Positions 54,827-63,964 of a stretch of 64,000 nt of DNA are shown piece after piece. The translations under genes were made by a program, and so were the position numbers. This DNA comes from a virus. Positions within the stretch are counted from its first letter, which is position 1. Each line of letters opens with the position of its first letter. Location: positions 1-64,000 of the IMG/VR virus record IMGVR_UViG_3300027905_000001; one strand, 5' to 3'. The notes below the pieces were generated by a model. The model searched no databases. It saw nothing but the letters and a program-made list of their open reading frames with translations, and was not told the DNA's origin.

Positions 54827-54884
54827 CAAACGGGAAACCTTCCGACAATTTCAAAATAGGGAAGGTTTCCCGTTTGCGGTTTTA
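54827..54884. terminator. Strong bidirectional rho-independent terminator after the integrase gene
   Basis: Perfect 17-bp stem CAAACGGGAAACCTTCC / GGAAGGTTTCCCGTTTG, 16-nt loop, then CGGTTTT. Confidence 0.75.
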
Positions 54885-55145
54885 TATCTTTCCTTCATAT
54901 AATAAGGATTTCAAGAGTTCTATTCCGTCATTGAATCCCTGCTTATATGTATTTTCCAGAAGAGCATCCACTCTTGATGTTGATAATTCTTCATAGCGAT
55001 CAAAAATATTTCTTTCCTTACCCAGTAATCTTATTATGTCAACGCTCAAGGAAATGGATTCTTTTATCCACTCACTGTAATCAGTTGTTTCTTTTGTTTT
55101 TTGATAAGCAACGCCAAAGATTCTTTCCGGCATCAGCTTGTCCAT
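54882..55145 (-). CDS. Hypothetical protein (87 aa), convergent with integrase
   Basis: ORF track frame; weak RBS; lies in the probable boundary zone between the two elements. Confidence 0.35.
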   Translation of the reverse strand: MDKLMPERIFGVAYQKTKETTDYSEWIKESISLSVDIIRLLGKERNIFDRYEELSTSRVDALLENTYKQGFNDGIELLKSLLYEGKI

Positions 55146-55555
55146 GATAATATCAAGTATTTTTTCAGTCGGAATATTTTTTTCAATATCTATATCCTCA
55201 TCTCCTGCCTGAATTTATGTTTTACCAGTCTCTATATACTAGAACGTGTGTTCTTAATTTTCAAGGGGTAATTTGTCGCAAAAGAAATAAATCGTTTCTC
55301 TTCCCCTTTCTCTCGCTACCCGTAGGAACAAAGTCCTACAATCAGTCCTAGATATAATTCAGAATATTTATTTAAGTTATTGACAGTATACGCTATAACG
55401 TTTGTCGAAATCGCGTGAAATAAAGGAGGCCAAATGTGAATATTTTGTGATTATAAATTATACTTAAGTCTACATATTATAATACCTGCTACATTTTTGT
55501 GTTAGCAGGATTAATCCTATCCTCTGTGGAAGTATTTTCCTATGGTGGTGAGGCG

Positions 55556-55777
55556 ATGGATTTAGAAGATAAGTTAAAGGATAACAAAATACAATACATA
55601 CTAGACAAGCGTGATATGTCGCAAAAAGACCTTGCCGCAACGCTCGGGTGGTGGCCGAGTGACATAAGCGACATCGTTAACGGTAAGGTTAAGCGCCTTA
55701 CGCTCATTCGCGCTTCGATGATATCCGTTGCTCTCGGGTATTCGGTTGAGTATATTTGGCCTACTTTATTCAAGTAG
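55556..55777 (+). CDS. XRE-like HTH regulator (track start 55499)
   Basis: DKRDMSQKDLAATLGWWPSDISDIVNGKVKRLTLIRASMISVALG. Confidence 0.55.
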   Translation: MDLEDKLKDNKIQYILDKRDMSQKDLAATLGWWPSDISDIVNGKVKRLTLIRASMISVALGYSVEYIWPTLFK

Positions 55778-55914
55778 GCCAAATATTTTTTTATATTTTT
55801 TTAGTCATAAAATTAGACTTTCGTCTATATACTTTATCACACCCAGTAAGCCACCGTCACACCACGTCTTACACTATACTACGCCAGTCAGACAAAATTT
55901 TGAGAGGTGAGAAT

Positions 55915-56121
55915 GTGAAGAAAAGAAGAACTTTTTGGGACGGAGATGATCTTTGCTCAAAGCTAGACGCAATACCAGAAAATGAACTAAGTACCATAAT
56001 CCGCATGGCACTACGAGCATGGTTTAAGATCGACAGCAAGCCCGAACTAACCGTTACCGACGCAAGGCAGATAGCGCAGGAGCTGGTAAGGCAACGCAAA
56101 GTTGAAAGGAGCGAACGCTAA
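55915..56121 (+). CDS. Hypothetical small protein, GTG start (68 aa)
   Basis: GAGAGGTGAG RBS; ORF track frame 55756..56121 trimmed to the RBS-supported start. Confidence 0.4.
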   Translation: MKKRRTFWDGDDLCSKLDAIPENELSTIIRMALRAWFKIDSKPELTVTDARQIAQELVRQRKVERSER

Positions 56122-56281
56122 TGTTCTGGAAGAAATCCATTAAAGCCTCCAAACTCTCAGGGCTTATCAAGGAAATAGCTAAGGCGGCATCATTAGTACC
56201 TTATGGGGATGGCGCGCTGGACTTAGGTTGGGAGGAACTAACCGTCAGTGATCTACTCGAATGGATGGAGGAAAGTTTATA
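56121..56281 (+). CDS. Hypothetical small protein (52 aa), TAATG-coupled
   Basis: Not in ORF track; MFWKKSIKASKLSGLIKEIAKAAS...; start overlaps upstream stop. Confidence 0.35.
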
Positions 56282-56299
56282 GGAAGTGAGGTTGAAATA

Positions 56300-56527
56300 A
56301 TGGACATAACTAAAATCCAAAAAATCGTTCGCAAGGCTATCAAGGACTACGCCATTACCGCAAAGTACGATGAGGAAATTCTAGTATCATTTCTCAGCGT
56401 GGATATTTTCCGGGAGATCAACGAGGATTCCCCGGCACCTCTCTCGGATCCCAAGGCTCCCCCTCGCCGCAATACTAACCAGAATGCATTAGGTCTGGTA
56501 AATCACGAAGCAGGTGAAACGCCATGA
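56300..56527 (+). CDS. Hypothetical small protein (75 aa; track start 56261)
   Basis: GGAAGTGAGG RBS before ATG 56300; 3' end overlaps next gene (ATGA). Confidence 0.4.
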   Translation: MDITKIQKIVRKAIKDYAITAKYDEEILVSFLSVDIFREINEDSPAPLSDPKAPPRRNTNQNALGLVNHEAGETP

Positions 56528-57852
56528 GTGAAAAATCATCGTCCGTAAAGCCCGACCTGATCGGCTTGACATCCTCTACTCTGGTCAAACTTGGACGCTT
56601 TGCCCTACGTCATATCGGCAGTCCCAACAACTCCTATGCGAACAAGATAATGCTGAACTGGAAACGCAATGACATATGCACCGAAACCAAAGAGCGAGGC
56701 AAGGATTACACAGAGAAGAAATACCCTACGCTAGTGGAAAAGACAATGAAGGGTCATAATCGAGTACTTAGATACAAGATACCCACCGGTCTAAATCCGC
56801 AGAAAGTCATGAAATCCCTCTACGACATCGAGTTCGATCTCAAGTCAGAAGTCCTATTCAAGCGACTTGAGAACGATCCCAAAGCGCACTTCTCACTCAC
56901 TATCTTATCCGGCAAACTGTTAGACATTATCAACTACTCCAACGAGGCCAGTATTACTCCAGATGGCAAGGAGTTAAGCAAAGGTCTATGGATACCTCTA
57001 GGGTGGTCAAGAAGGGGCTTGGAACAACTTAATTTAGCCTCTAGCAACAGCCCTCATCTTATGATCGGAGGGGCTACAGGAGGCGGCAAGAGCATCCTTG
57101 GCAGGCTTATCCTTGCTACCCTCCATATCCGCTATAACCGTGATGAATGCCGACTATGGCTCTGTGACCTTAAACATGGCAACGGCACAGCAAGGCTAGG
57201 GAAAAACCCTCTCCTTGTAGATAGGACTATTTCTGATCCGGGCGAAGCAGAACAAATGATGGACGATCTCTCTGTGATTATTGGCGAGCGATATAATTTA
57301 TTTAAGGAGTATGAGTGCGACGATTTACAGGCGTTTAACGAGGAATATCCAAGATTGAGATTGCCGCGCATTGTGGTTTATGTGGATGAATTAACCAAAC
57401 TTGAGGGCAAGGAGTTCTCCAGGGCTCGTGAAAAGATGACTAAAGTCACGGGGGAATCCAGGGGTGCAGGAGTGCATGTTATTATCTCTTGTCACAGGCC
57501 CACAGCTAACCTTGTGTCCGGCACGATGAAGAACAATATCTCTGCCGTTGTCGCGTTTAATTGCAACGCTGTATCGGCTCGTGTGTTGCTTGGAGAAGAT
57601 CCGGAGGATTACAAGGCAGCCAGCATGATTGATCCAGATATCGAAGGTCGAGCATTGTTTAAATTTAAAGATGAGGTATTGCTGCAGGTCCCCTACATCG
57701 ACAACCATGCAATCAAGTCCCTTATGGCCAACTATCAAAAAGCGATAATTAAAGGTAAGGTCGAGCCAGTGATACAGGCTGTTATTTCCACTAGGGTGGT
57801 TGAGCACTCAGTCGGGCACTCACTCGGTCATACTATTGAGCACCCCCAGTGA
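56524..57852 (+). CDS. FtsK/SpoIIIE-family DNA translocase-like ATPase
   Basis: 442 aa; Walker A GGATGGGKS, Walker B-like VVYVDEL. Confidence 0.75.
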   Translation: MSEKSSSVKPDLIGLTSSTLVKLGRFALRHIGSPNNSYANKIMLNWKRNDICTETKERGKDYTEKKYPTLVEKTMKGHNRVLRYKIPTGLNPQKVMKSLYDIEFDLKSEVLFKRLENDPKAHFSLTILSGKLLDIINYSNEASITPDGKELSKGLWIPLGWSRRGLEQLNLASSNSPHLMIGGATGGGKSILGRLILATLHIRYNRDECRLWLCDLKHGNGTARLGKNPLLVDRTISDPGEAEQMMDDLSVIIGERYNLFKEYECDDLQAFNEEYPRLRLPRIVVYVDELTKLEGKEFSRAREKMTKVTGESRGAGVHVIISCHRPTANLVSGTMKNNISAVVAFNCNAVSARVLLGEDPEDYKAASMIDPDIEGRALFKFKDEVLLQVPYIDNHAIKSLMANYQKAIIKGKVEPVIQAVISTRVVEHSVGHSLGHTIEHPQ

Positions 57853-57966
57853 TTGTACTCAACGATTCAATGCGCTTTATAGGCTCCTTTGGTCATGCCG
57901 TGCGGTCCGTAAAGTGCTTTATTATCCTTACTTTTTTATTTTGTATTTATTTTATATTTTTGCGAG

Positions 57967-58605
57967 GTGAAAATTGTGAACTTAGTGGCATATGGCAAGC
58001 AACGAGACGAACGAATTATGGGGCTAGTAGGGCTTGGGACAGCCTTTACGCGAAGCCAAATAGAGCGAGTTATATTTAAGGGAAGTAAGCGTAAGGCTCA
58101 GACTAGACTGCAGGTGCTATCCGATTCAGGGCGACTAAAAAAGATTATCCGCAGTCCCCACGAACCAGCCATCTATTGCCTCAAAAAACCCCGAAATATC
58201 GATCATTATTTACTTATCAATGAAATCTATTGTGCCGTAATGTCTCAGAAAAAGTCTTGGCATATCGTCAAGTGGCAATGGTCATATCCAATTATGGAAG
58301 GTAAGATTTGGGCAGACGCAATGGTTGATATTTACGACCAACTCAATAAGCGTAGGCATGTTATATTTGTTGAGGTTGAGCGTTACGCAGACCGTAAGTT
58401 CGAGAAGGATAAAAAGTATTCAGCCATTACCAGCGCGAACTGGACGAAAGAAGAGTGGGCGATTAAGGAGCCTACAAGGATATTGTTCCCGGCAATCCTA
58501 GTTGTCACCGAATGCAAATTAGAGGTCAAAAGCGAGTTGGATTTCTTTGTTGCCACGATGGACCAAGTCAAAAAAGACATTTACTCTATTATCTTAAGGA
58601 GGTAA
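57967..58605 (+). CDS. Replication-relaxation-family-like protein (winged-helix N-terminus), tentative
   Basis: 212 aa; N-terminal LVGLGTAFTRSQIERVIF...RLQVLSDSGRLKKI; central VIFVEVERY. Confidence 0.45.
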   Translation: MKIVNLVAYGKQRDERIMGLVGLGTAFTRSQIERVIFKGSKRKAQTRLQVLSDSGRLKKIIRSPHEPAIYCLKKPRNIDHYLLINEIYCAVMSQKKSWHIVKWQWSYPIMEGKIWADAMVDIYDQLNKRRHVIFVEVERYADRKFEKDKKYSAITSANWTKEEWAIKEPTRILFPAILVVTECKLEVKSELDFFVATMDQVKKDIYSIILRR

Positions 58606-58609
58606 CACC

Positions 58610-58828
58610 ATGGGTAAACTAGGAAAAGTGACCACAAAGGCCACCTATGGAATCCTGAATCTGGCGATGAAACCTATTTACGATCAGATGAAAAAAGAGA
58701 GAAAAGAAGAAGTTAAAAGATGGAACAAATCGCTAGATATAGCTTCTCAGGATGCAATGGCCGAGGCTAGATATTTTGAAGTAAGGCAGCCGTTTGATTC
58801 GATTATCCACAAGCACCCATTGTGGTAG
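58610..58828 (+). CDS. Hypothetical small protein (72 aa)
   Basis: AGGAGG RBS then ATG 58610. Confidence 0.45.
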   Translation: MGKLGKVTTKATYGILNLAMKPIYDQMKKERKEEVKRWNKSLDIASQDAMAEARYFEVRQPFDSIIHKHPLW

Positions 58829-58848
58829 TAATGACAATAGTAATGACT

Positions 58849-58880
58849 TTTAGCCCCTTCGTAAACCGAGGGGCTATTTT
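58849..58880 (+). terminator. Rho-independent terminator
   Basis: TAGCCCCT ... AGGGGCTA stem followed by TTTTA. Confidence 0.55.
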
Positions 58881-59003
58881 AATGCCCTGACATAACGAAA
58901 CCCCAGCATTTGCCGGGGGTTAGTTTTTATTCTCTATTATTTATGGCTATTCGGATTATATGGTGGAAAATGAGTTTGGAATTTCCAGTTTTATAATAAA
59001 TAA

Positions 59004-59064
59004 TTACTACTATTATAGCGTTATCGCTTGACAAATTATAGCGATAACGCTATAATAGTAGTAA
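59004..59064 (+). promoter_or_regulatory. Consensus sigma-A promoter (TTGACA-17-TATAAT) embedded in a perfect 24-bp inverted repeat (operator-like)
   Basis: Arm 1 59004-59027 TTACTACTATTATAGCGTTATCGC; arm 2 59041-59064 exact reverse complement; -35 59028-59033; -10 59051-59056. Confidence 0.7.
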
Positions 59065-59124
59065 CAGCTAAAGATTACATGAACCCGACAGCCCATAAGG
59101 GGCGGGGCGAGAGGAGAATATAAA

Positions 59125-59985
59125 ATGGCAAATGAAGTCGTCAAGGAATACTACAAATGGGATGAAACAGGTGAAGCTTTTGGCATAAGTATAAGCTACG
59201 ATGCCGGAGATGACTGTGGTCCAGTTGCTGGGCTTAAACTAAGTGGTGGACAACCAAAAGAAGTCAACGGTCAAAATGTCGTTTGGTTCGAAAAAACAAC
59301 CAAAGGTCAGCCCGTCGCCATAAAGTATAACAGCCGTCCCGATTTAGCAGCCCTTGTGAACGAGTATAAAAAGTTTCAGGCTGAGCAACAAACAAGGCAT
59401 AATACCCGGGCTGCTGCACATCAAGCCGAGCGGGAAGCCATAGACAACCCTCTACTTGAGGACATGGAAGCAGAAGCTGTTGAATTGCGGAAAAAGATTC
59501 CGACCGGGCATATCGAGGTTGATGTCGAGGATAATGGCAATCTTGACGGCTATCCTAATTTAAAATACTCAGTAAACGGCGTTGAATTGCCTTGGGATAA
59601 GGTCAACCATATTGGCACTGCGAGTGCGATTCGCCCAGGCGCATTAGGTTCTTTTGCTCAAATTTATGTCGTATCTATCGCCAAGGATCAAATCGAACAA
59701 ATCAAAAAAGAGCAGGAAGAGAAATCGGCAATCAACCAAGCTAAAAAAGAGGCTTACCAAAGAGAATTAACTGGGACTATAATCCCTCCGGCGGCCTTAG
59801 AGGCTTACAACTATTACCACGGTGACGCAGAACTAGCATGGGAAAAAGAAGATGAATCCTCTTGGGCTCTTATTGAACGATGGACCACTTATATCGAGGC
59901 ACAACATGGGATTGCCCCTCGTAAATTACAGCACATGGTTTCGGAATCCGCGCGCGAAGAGAATTATGGGATCAATGAGGGTTAG
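59125..59985 (+). CDS. Hypothetical protein (286 aa) under the palindromic promoter
   Basis: GAGAGGAG RBS; no motif recognised. Confidence 0.55.
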   Translation: MANEVVKEYYKWDETGEAFGISISYDAGDDCGPVAGLKLSGGQPKEVNGQNVVWFEKTTKGQPVAIKYNSRPDLAALVNEYKKFQAEQQTRHNTRAAAHQAEREAIDNPLLEDMEAEAVELRKKIPTGHIEVDVEDNGNLDGYPNLKYSVNGVELPWDKVNHIGTASAIRPGALGSFAQIYVVSIAKDQIEQIKKEQEEKSAINQAKKEAYQRELTGTIIPPAALEAYNYYHGDAELAWEKEDESSWALIERWTTYIEAQHGIAPRKLQHMVSESAREENYGINEG

Positions 59986-60007
59986 TGGAGAGAGTGTTTG
60001 AAAAAAG

Positions 60008-60035
60008 AAAGAGCCGTAATCAATCGGCTCTTTCT
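60008..60035 (+). terminator. Hairpin terminator-like element
   Basis: AGAGCCG ... CGGCTCT stem followed by T-rich tract. Confidence 0.4.
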
Positions 60036-60077
60036 GGATAACTTTTTATTTCAATCCACGCCTTACGGCGACAATCC

Positions 60078-60106
60078 TTGATGGGATTTATTACCCATAA
60101 TATAAT
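60078..60106 (+). promoter_or_regulatory. Sigma-A-type promoter (TTGATG-17-TATAAT) with inverted repeat ATGGG/CCCAT in the spacer
   Basis: -35 60078-60083, -10 60101-60106. Confidence 0.5.
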
Positions 60107-60145
60107 CCAAATAGCAGTATATGTCAAGACTAAGGAGGGCATTTC

Positions 60146-60853
60146 GTGAAAAAGAAACATCGGTCTATTTCGCAGATACTTGATAGATCGAAATCTGCCG
60201 AATCAAGAAGAGCTATCACTATAAATTGGTCAAAGTCATGGGAAAATGAGACCATGGAACTCATACGTAACCTTGAACAGGCTGTAAGGGCCATGGATTA
60301 CGATCAGCTATGCATTAATACCAGGCAGCTTAAGGCGGTTACTCAAAAACGTTTTGGAGCCCTGCCAAATATATTTATGCACCTCACTAAGGCTGGTGCC
60401 GCAGAGAAAAACCCGGAAAAAGAACCCGAACCATTAGCCAATGCAGCTGTACAAGATATACACAAAAAGCAGGATGTCCCAAAAGAACCAGATGAGCCGA
60501 GCCATGCGGAGGAGCAGCATGTGCCCGGAATCTGCATAGACTGTGGTGTCAGTTTTAATGCTAAAACCAGCCGCCAAAAGCGGTGCCCCGAGTGCCAAGT
60601 TGAACACAACAAGGCGTTACGGTTAGCCGCGGCCAAGGCAACTCAAGATGTCAAAAGAGATAGGCCTCTTTTGGATATCATGGAGGGATACATTACGGTA
60701 AAAGAATGGGCGAGCAAGCACGGTAAGAGTCCGTCCAGCGCTCAGAATATATTGTCCAATTCCCCTACTCTTGTACCAGCTGCCAGAAAGGTGCGCAATC
60801 CTCGCGGCGGCGTGGATATCTGGGTCGTACCAAAAGAGACAATATGGCCTTAA
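60146..60853 (+). CDS. Hypothetical protein with C-terminal zinc ribbon (GTG start)
   Basis: 235 aa; CIDCG...CPECQ; TAAGGAGGG RBS. Confidence 0.5.
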   Translation: MKKKHRSISQILDRSKSAESRRAITINWSKSWENETMELIRNLEQAVRAMDYDQLCINTRQLKAVTQKRFGALPNIFMHLTKAGAAEKNPEKEPEPLANAAVQDIHKKQDVPKEPDEPSHAEEQHVPGICIDCGVSFNAKTSRQKRCPECQVEHNKALRLAAAKATQDVKRDRPLLDIMEGYITVKEWASKHGKSPSSAQNILSNSPTLVPAARKVRNPRGGVDIWVVPKETIWP

Positions 60854-60865
60854 TAAAATAAAGGA

Positions 60866-61054
60866 ATGATAGCGATGGAACTTAAAGACGTACTAACAGG
60901 TCCCGAAGCTGCGCAACTTTGGAGCATTGGAGAGTCAACAGTCCGCAATGCAGCTGCGGCGGGTAAATTCAACGAAGACGAAGCTCGAAGGGCAGGGAAA
61001 AACTGGCTAATCACCAGAGAAGGCATGAAAAGAGTATTTGGTGATCCTAACTAA
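60866..61054 (+). CDS. Small HTH DNA-binding protein (62 aa)
   Basis: LTGPEAAQLWSIGESTVRNAAAAGKF...WLITREGMKRVFG. Confidence 0.5.
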   Translation: MIAMELKDVLTGPEAAQLWSIGESTVRNAAAAGKFNEDEARRAGKNWLITREGMKRVFGDPN

Positions 61055-61161
61055 ATGGTCCATACCATTTAGTTACAATTATGGAAACAGGGTTTTGATC
61101 ATTCCACCATAAAATCCGCAGAGCCTATATTTCTTGGCTTTTAGGATATCTTCTGTATTTT

Positions 61162-61416
61162 TCACGCCTTATTCCTCCCATACTTCTTTTCGTACATTGG
61201 CTTAAGAATTGCATAAAAGTCGCAATCCTCCAATTTATTCCCATACTTATCCCTGAATTCAGCTTGCAGTTTTTGTCTAGGAATGTGGCAACTCCCTTTG
61301 TAAGGGCATTCGCAAGGCCCCTTGACCATCGTGTCGCCATAGCATTCTTTTTCTTTACAATCGTGATGTCCTTGGCAGATAGGATATTCCATGTAATGGC
61401 CCGAGCATTCTTTCAT
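61162..61416 (-). CDS. Small Cys/His-rich protein (84 aa)
   Basis: Multiple C and H pairs (CQGHHDCKEKEC...CECPYKGSCH). Confidence 0.4.
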   Translation of the reverse strand: MKECSGHYMEYPICQGHHDCKEKECYGDTMVKGPCECPYKGSCHIPRQKLQAEFRDKYGNKLEDCDFYAILKPMYEKKYGRNKA

Positions 61417-61781
61417 TATTTCATCTCTCTCCTAAAAATCTCATTAATCCTACCGACCATCTCCACCGGCAACGCAACCCGACACATCTCATAATTACTA
61501 TAATCCGAAGGAGATATACCAAGTGACTTAGCCATCTTTGAGATAGTTATCTGTAACTCTTTTCTCTTAGCCCTAATCGATATCATTTGTACTTCATTCC
61601 TACTATTTGCCTTGACCACTTCTCTTATTTCTTCTTCTCGGTATTCCCTGATCGATTCCTTGGTCTGCTTTGTTAAGCAACTGAGGTTACGGCAATCGTA
61701 TGTCCCGCCATGAGTTCCGTTCGGACCATCCCATAAGGCGAAAACGTATTTAGTCGGGTCGTTGCAGGTTTGACAGTTCAT
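61416..61781 (-). CDS. Zinc-ribbon plus C-terminal HTH protein (121 aa)
   Basis: N-terminal CQTCN...C; C-terminal LQITISKMAKSLGISPSDYSNYEMCRVALPVEMVGRINEIF. Confidence 0.45.
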   Translation of the reverse strand: MNCQTCNDPTKYVFALWDGPNGTHGGTYDCRNLSCLTKQTKESIREYREEEIREVVKANSRNEVQMISIRAKRKELQITISKMAKSLGISPSDYSNYEMCRVALPVEMVGRINEIFRREMK

Positions 61782-61967
61782 CTACTCATCCTCCTTCGTG
61801 CATCTTTTACCATTCCAGAACGCGCAATCAGCATAGCAACTCCAATTGTCTACACTAAATCCCATATAGCAATTCAATCGCTTCTGTTTATCTTGGGAAG
61901 ATTCCAATATTGGTTCTCTATCTTCCACCGACCCATTTATCGCATGCCAATTTTCCTTCATGTTCAT
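61782..61967 (-). CDS. Hypothetical small protein (61 aa)
   Basis: ORF track frame, coupled. Confidence 0.35.
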   Translation of the reverse strand: MNMKENWHAINGSVEDREPILESSQDKQKRLNCYMGFSVDNWSCYADCAFWNGKRCTKEDE

Positions 61968-62166
61968 TTATTTAACCTCCCTACATGTTCGCAAGTATTG
62001 CACATCCACCCTTGAAAGTAAGAATTCCAATACGATAAGCAACCACATTTTGGACAGAGTTTCATTTATTTCCCCTCTTTCTTCTTCTTTTTGAGTTCTC
62101 TAATGCAATCCTGCCTCAAATATCAGATTGGCCATTATTCCGTTGCGAAGTGGTTGGGGGTATTCT

Positions 62167-62421
62167 CTAAAATACACACTCGCACGGAAGTTCATCAAAA
62201 AAGCTCAATTGCTTACCATGCGTCTTGGCTAACTTCCAAAACTGAGCCGATGCAATATGCTCTGTCGCGGGAACATCATTACGCTTCATTTCTTCAAACA
62301 TTGGTTCCATTTCATCGAGATACATATCCGACTTTATGGAGTGACCTATTTCATTTTCTGCCTCTTTTGCCTTTAACCATATGTCGGGTCGCGTCATATA
62401 AACGATGTACCAATGTTGCAT
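62167..62421 (-). CDS. Hypothetical protein (84 aa)
   Basis: ORF track frame. Confidence 0.4.
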   Translation of the reverse strand: MQHWYIVYMTRPDIWLKAKEAENEIGHSIKSDMYLDEMEPMFEEMKRNDVPATEHIASAQFWKLAKTHGKQLSFFDELPCECVF

Positions 62422-62446
62422 CCCCGCCTTTAAACACCCAATGCAA

Positions 62447-63058
62447 TTAGCGTGTTTGAATGTGCCGTAGGTCCCAGGGGGGAGTTATTCCTATTTCTTT
62501 TGTGCTTTTTATTGTGTGATCCCAAAGAATAAGAGGGTAGTCCGTCTTGTATCCCCTTATGCCTAATATTGACGAACGTCTTTGCGCTCTGCCTTTTTCC
62601 TTCTCCGACTTGTCGAATCCGTAGTATATGGTAACTTCTTCGCAAATTCCGTCTTTGACAGGGAAATTTTCCTTGAGGTATTTATCGAAGGGAACCGTTT
62701 TTATTCTGTTTGTGCAAAGTATTTGTCCTGCTCCAAACTTGAACCCTCCTACTTCTCGGCATACATCGAATTGGTCTTTTACTTCCCATCCGTCCATATT
62801 TGCGTAGGTAATCGGAACGCCTATATAATTTGCTACATCACCCTTGAACCGTTTTATATCCGCATCCTCTACCCTTTTATTAATATCGTGATTAAGGAGG
62901 ATTAAATCTTTAGTTCCGTATTTCCTAGCTACTTCTATTGCTGTTTTTGCCGAACTATGTCCTCCAGAGTAACAAATCAAGCGTTTTATAATTATTTTAC
63001 CTCCCCTTCTCGATCCATTCAAGGACCGAATTTCTCTCAATTCTCCAATCTCTGGCAA
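62447..63058 (-). CDS. PAPS-reductase-family PP-loop ATP pyrophosphatase-like protein (start uncertain)
   Basis: PP-loop-like ICYSGGHSSAKTA; N-terminal 20 codons of the track ORF overlap the upstream HTH gene. Confidence 0.5.
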   Translation of the reverse strand: MPEIGELREIRSLNGSRRGGKIIIKRLICYSGGHSSAKTAIEVARKYGTKDLILLNHDINKRVEDADIKRFKGDVANYIGVPITYANMDGWEVKDQFDVCREVGGFKFGAGQILCTNRIKTVPFDKYLKENFPVKDGICEEVTIYYGFDKSEKEKGRAQRRSSILGIRGYKTDYPLILWDHTIKSTKEIGITPPWDLRHIQTR

Positions 63059-63176
63059 TCTTAAACGCCCTTAGTCCTCCACTTTTAATTGCCCTCTTGA
63101 CCGTTTGTTCGCTCACTTTTAAAAATGTTGCAAGTTCTTTAGGGGTTGTGATTTCTGGTAAATTATCAAGTACCAA
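62997..63176 (-). CDS. Excisionase/AlpA-family HTH (HTH_17-like) protein, TTG start, 59 aa
   Basis: Not in ORF track; (M)VLDNLPEITTPKELATFLKVSEQTVKRAIKSGGLRAFKIARDWRIERNSVLEWIEKGR; GGAGGT RBS 9 nt upstream. Confidence 0.55.
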   Translation of the reverse strand: MVLDNLPEITTPKELATFLKVSEQTVKRAIKSGGLRAFKIARDWRIERNSVLEWIEKGR

Positions 63177-63412
63177 CTATATCTAACCTCCATTCTATTA
63201 TATCTAAGTATATCACAAAATAGCATAGTTGTACATGTTAGCAAGGTAAAAAATGGTCAATATTTCTAGATACTTAGCCATTGTTGATAGTGACTTGCTT
63301 CGTCGTTCTTGCTTCGTTTATGGTTCGCGTATAGTTGTGATTTAGTAGCTCAACTTCGTCGTTCCCTTATAATCCGGTAAGAGGGAACGGAAACGTTTAG
63401 ATAGTTACCCCC

Positions 63413-63964
63413 TTACGCCACGCCTTGTACTCTTAACACTTTCATAATCTCATCCTCAAGGTTTTCTAGTTTTCCAAATTTGTAATTTATCCTATAGAGC
63501 CTTATGTTATTGTCCCTACAATACCTGTTCTTTAGGACATCATGAGCTACCGTATTCCCTCCCCACTCATCACCCTCTTTATGCTGCGCCCCGTCAATTT
63601 CGATTAAAAAGGGCCTTAATTCTCCTTGGATATAGAAATCGAACCTCAATAATTTACCGTTTAAGCCCTTTAACCCTTTAAATGTTTTTTCTTTCTGGAA
63701 TATAGCATTATACCTTGTTAATATTTCTATAGCCTTTTCTTCGCCGAATGATTTTCCCGTCATGCAATTTCGACAAATAGGGTTTTTGATTAATAGCTTT
63801 CTTTTAACAAGCATGGTGTTGTTGCATTTAGGACATAGGCATTCGATCTTGCCATATTTCTTACCTAGATTTATAAGTCCACTAACTTTTAACTTCTCTT
63901 GATTTCGTTCAAAGTTAATTTGATTAGTTATGGCTTTCTGTGCCTTAGATTTACTCAACCACAA
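63413..63964 (-). CDS. Endonuclease with N-terminal zinc ribbon and DUF559/Vsr-like PD-(D/E)xK core (possible homing endonuclease)
   Basis: CPKCN...CRNC; LRFDFYIQGELRPFLIEIDGAQH ... NIRLYRINY. Confidence 0.5.
   Translation of the reverse strand: MWLSKSKAQKAITNQINFERNQEKLKVSGLINLGKKYGKIECLCPKCNNTMLVKRKLLIKNPICRNCMTGKSFGEEKAIEILTRYNAIFQKEKTFKGLKGLNGKLLRFDFYIQGELRPFLIEIDGAQHKEGDEWGGNTVAHDVLKNRYCRDNNIRLYRINYKFGKLENLEDEIMKVLRVQGVA

Larger units (their letters stand above)
1..54884. mobile_element. Temperate siphovirus-like prophage (left end beyond window start; right end near the terminator after the integrase gene)
   Basis: Contiguous lysogeny, replication/recombination, packaging, head and tail modules; serine integrase at the right end. 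Confidence 0.75.

Noticed and set aside
55150-55500. tRNA gene or obvious att core at the prophage/right-element junction
   Set aside because: No cloverleaf-compatible sequence or conserved tRNA motifs (such as GTTC...GAAC T-arm with an acceptor stem) could be found by eye; serine-integrase att sites cannot be assigned without a comparison sequence.
57132-57807. Minus-strand ORFs 57132..57371 and 57391..57807 inside the FtsK-like gene
   Set aside because: Antisense to a CDS with clear Walker motifs; no RBS.
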